A stretch of DNA of 64,000 bases. Origin: Rhodospirillaceae bacterium. Lineage in GTDB: Bacteria > Pseudomonadota > Alphaproteobacteria > Rhodospirillales > Rhodospirillaceae. A model generated the notes under the pieces. The model did not search any database, had not been told where the DNA came from, and saw only the letters and a program-made list of their open reading frames with translations. The stretch lies in contig JAYRTJ010000006.1 of assembly GCA_041919675.1 (NCBI GenBank), positions 1,622 to 65,621 of the forward strand, read 5' to 3'. The translations under genes were made by a program, and so were the position numbers. This document shows positions 62,690 to 64,000 of the stretch, piece by piece; positions within the stretch are counted from its first letter, which is position 1, and each line of letters opens with the position of its first letter.

Positions 62690-64000
62690 CTATAGAGTTT
62701 TCACCAGCACGCCCTGGATGGAATCCTCCGGGCGAAGTTCGGGCGGCGACTTCAGCATGTGGGTGGCCGGCCCTTCGCACCAGCGGCGCCACAGCGCGCG
62801 GTAGGTCTCTTCCAACGTGCGGGTAAAACCAACCTCATCGCGCAGAGCCGAGCGCTCCATGGCGGGGCGCAGCGTGGACCGGATCTCGGCAAGGCGTCGC
62901 GGATTGCGTCCAAAGGCGATGGCGCGGGCGATGTAGTCCTCGGCCGACGACGCCACGAGTTCGTCCGCGATCCCCACCGCCGTCAGGAGACTGAGGCCGA
63001 CGCGGCCGCGGTGATTGTCGCCCGCGAAGGTCAGCACCGGCACGCCCATGTAGAGCGCTTCGCAGGTGGTGGTCGTTCCGTTGTAAGGGAAAGTGTCGAG
63101 CGCGAGATCGACACCGCCGTATTTGCCGAGATGCTCCTGCACCGACGGCACGAACGCGGTCATCTCGATGCGGCCGGCGTCGATGCCGTGGCGGGCGAAA
63201 TCGGCCAAAACACGCGCGCGCACGCGTTCGTCGCGCATCTGCTTGCACTTGATATAGAAGCGCGAGTCGGGCACCGCTTTCAGGATCGCGGCCCACGCCG
63301 CGATGGCCGGTTCGGTCACTTTCGGCAGCACATTGAACGAGGCGAAGGTGACGTAGCCTTTTTCAAGATGAGGCGCCGGCGCCGGAGGCGTCGCCTTGCC
63401 GGACGGGCGGTATAAATGGAAACAGTGCGCAAGACGCACGATCTCCTCCGTGCACCATCGCTCGCTGCCCGGCGGATCGGCGCGCCCGTCGGTGATGCGA
63501 TAATCCATGGCGGGCACGCCGCTGGTCTCCGGGTAACCGAGATACTCGATCTGCACGGGCGCGGGTTTGAGCGCGCAGACCGGCAGCCGGTTGCCCGAGG
63601 TATGCCCGCCGAGATTCACCAGGAGATCGATGCCGTCGTCGCGCAGCCTTTGGGCAAAGGCATCGTTGGTGAAACCGGCGCTTTCAACCCAGAGATCGGC
63701 GCCTTTGCGCATCCCTTCGGTGATGACGTCGGCGCGCGAGGTATCGGAATAGAGGCAGATCTCGAACTTATTCCGGTCGTGTTTCTCGAGCAGCGCTTCG
63801 AAGAAATAGGAAACGGAATGCGCCCGGAAATCCGGGGAGAGGTAGGCAACGCGCAGGCGGCGGTCCGGATCCCTTGTATTCGTATGCGGCCGGTCCAAGG
63901 CCGGTTCGTCCGTCGAGAAGCGCCGGGCGAATTCCTTGTGGATCGCGAAGATGTCTTCGTTGGAGAGATCGGGCTCGTACAAGCTGGCGAACGCATAGTT
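62690..64000 (-). CDS. GT41 (SPINDLY/OGT-like) glycosyltransferase, 5'-truncated by the window edge
   Basis: IEYLGYPETSGVPAMDYRITD, VTFASFNVLPKVTEPA, DLALDTFPYNGTTTTCEALYMGVPVLTFAGDNHRGRVG. The frame stays open upstream of the track's TTG 63982 to the window edge. Confidence 0.8.
   Translation of the reverse strand, partial: NYAFASLYEPDLSNEDIFAIHKEFARRFSTDEPALDRPHTNTRDPDRRLRVAYLSPDFRAHSVSYFFEALLEKHDRNKFEICLYSDTSRADVITEGMRKGADLWVESAGFTNDAFAQRLRDDGIDLLVNLGGHTSGNRLPVCALKPAPVQIEYLGYPETSGVPAMDYRITDGRADPPGSERWCTEEIVRLAHCFHLYRPSGKATPPAPAPHLEKGYVTFASFNVLPKVTEPAIAAWAAILKAVPDSRFYIKCKQMRDERVRARVLADFARHGIDAGRIEMTAFVPSVQEHLGKYGGVDLALDTFPYNGTTTTCEALYMGVPVLTFAGDNHRGRVGLSLLTAVGIADELVASSAEDYIARAIAFGRNPRRLAEIRSTLRPAMERSALRDEVGFTRTLEETYRALWRRWCEGPATHMLKSPPELRPEDSIQGVLVKTL

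Noticed and set aside
1-64000. rRNA, tRNA, tmRNA and riboswitch candidates.
   Set aside because: Reading the intergenic regions turned up no cloverleaf-compatible or rRNA-like conserved segments. A covariance-model scan (tRNAscan-SE, Infernal/Rfam) would be needed to exclude small RNAs formally.

Overview
GC-rich window that looks like an alphaproteobacterial chromosome (FlaF, FliX, MotE-like protein, single-Cys DksA, sigma-54 flagellar promoters); this taxonomic call is an inference. Layout: (1) 0.1-6.9 kb: a GIY-YIG gene coupled to a TPR/GT41-type glycosyltransferase, then a siderophore module (PepSY protein, TonB-dependent receptor, Fur-box-like sites, TonB). (2) 7-10.5 kb: a response regulator and a small glycan-modification locus. 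(3) 10.7-14.8 kb: a classical FecI/FecR/FecA-type cell-surface-signalling trio. (4) 15.2-29.6 kb: a second ECF sigma/anti-sigma pair lies divergent from an STN-domain TonB-dependent transducer. That transducer heads a same-strand run of seven more genes, all with export signals: NHL/PAL-like protein, orphan binding protein, repeat protein, an unknown, a DUF1592-type CXXCH protein, Tat-DUF1552 and a Tat-FMN alpha-hydroxy-acid dehydrogenase. This is candidate novel system no. 1. (5) 31.5-45.1 kb: flagellar block I (fliL, fliM, DUF6468-like, MotE-like, two MotB-like paralogues, a 1114-aa exported beta-module/TPR giant; divergent flgF, flgG, flgA, flgH; orphan flaF). The MotB-like pair plus the giant is candidate novel system no. 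2. (6) 45.1-51.5 kb: a 4.5-copy 84-bp tandem array of terminator-type hairpins, a PaaI thioesterase, a rhodanese, a DUF3987/YfjI-like remnant islet, repeat elements, small exported proteins and dksA. (7) 51.7-58.8 kb: flagellar block II (fliX divergent from flgI, a rod-binding protein, an FlgN-like protein, flgK, flgL). (8) 58.8-64 kb: a CitMHS transporter and two more TPR/GT41-type glycosyltransferases. I recognised no rRNA, tRNA, CRISPR array, transposase or integrase. Many long ORFs in the supplied track are antisense artefacts of the high GC content. Several track ORFs also carry N-terminal extensions, which I trimmed to starts with a ribosome-binding site or a 4-nt overlap.
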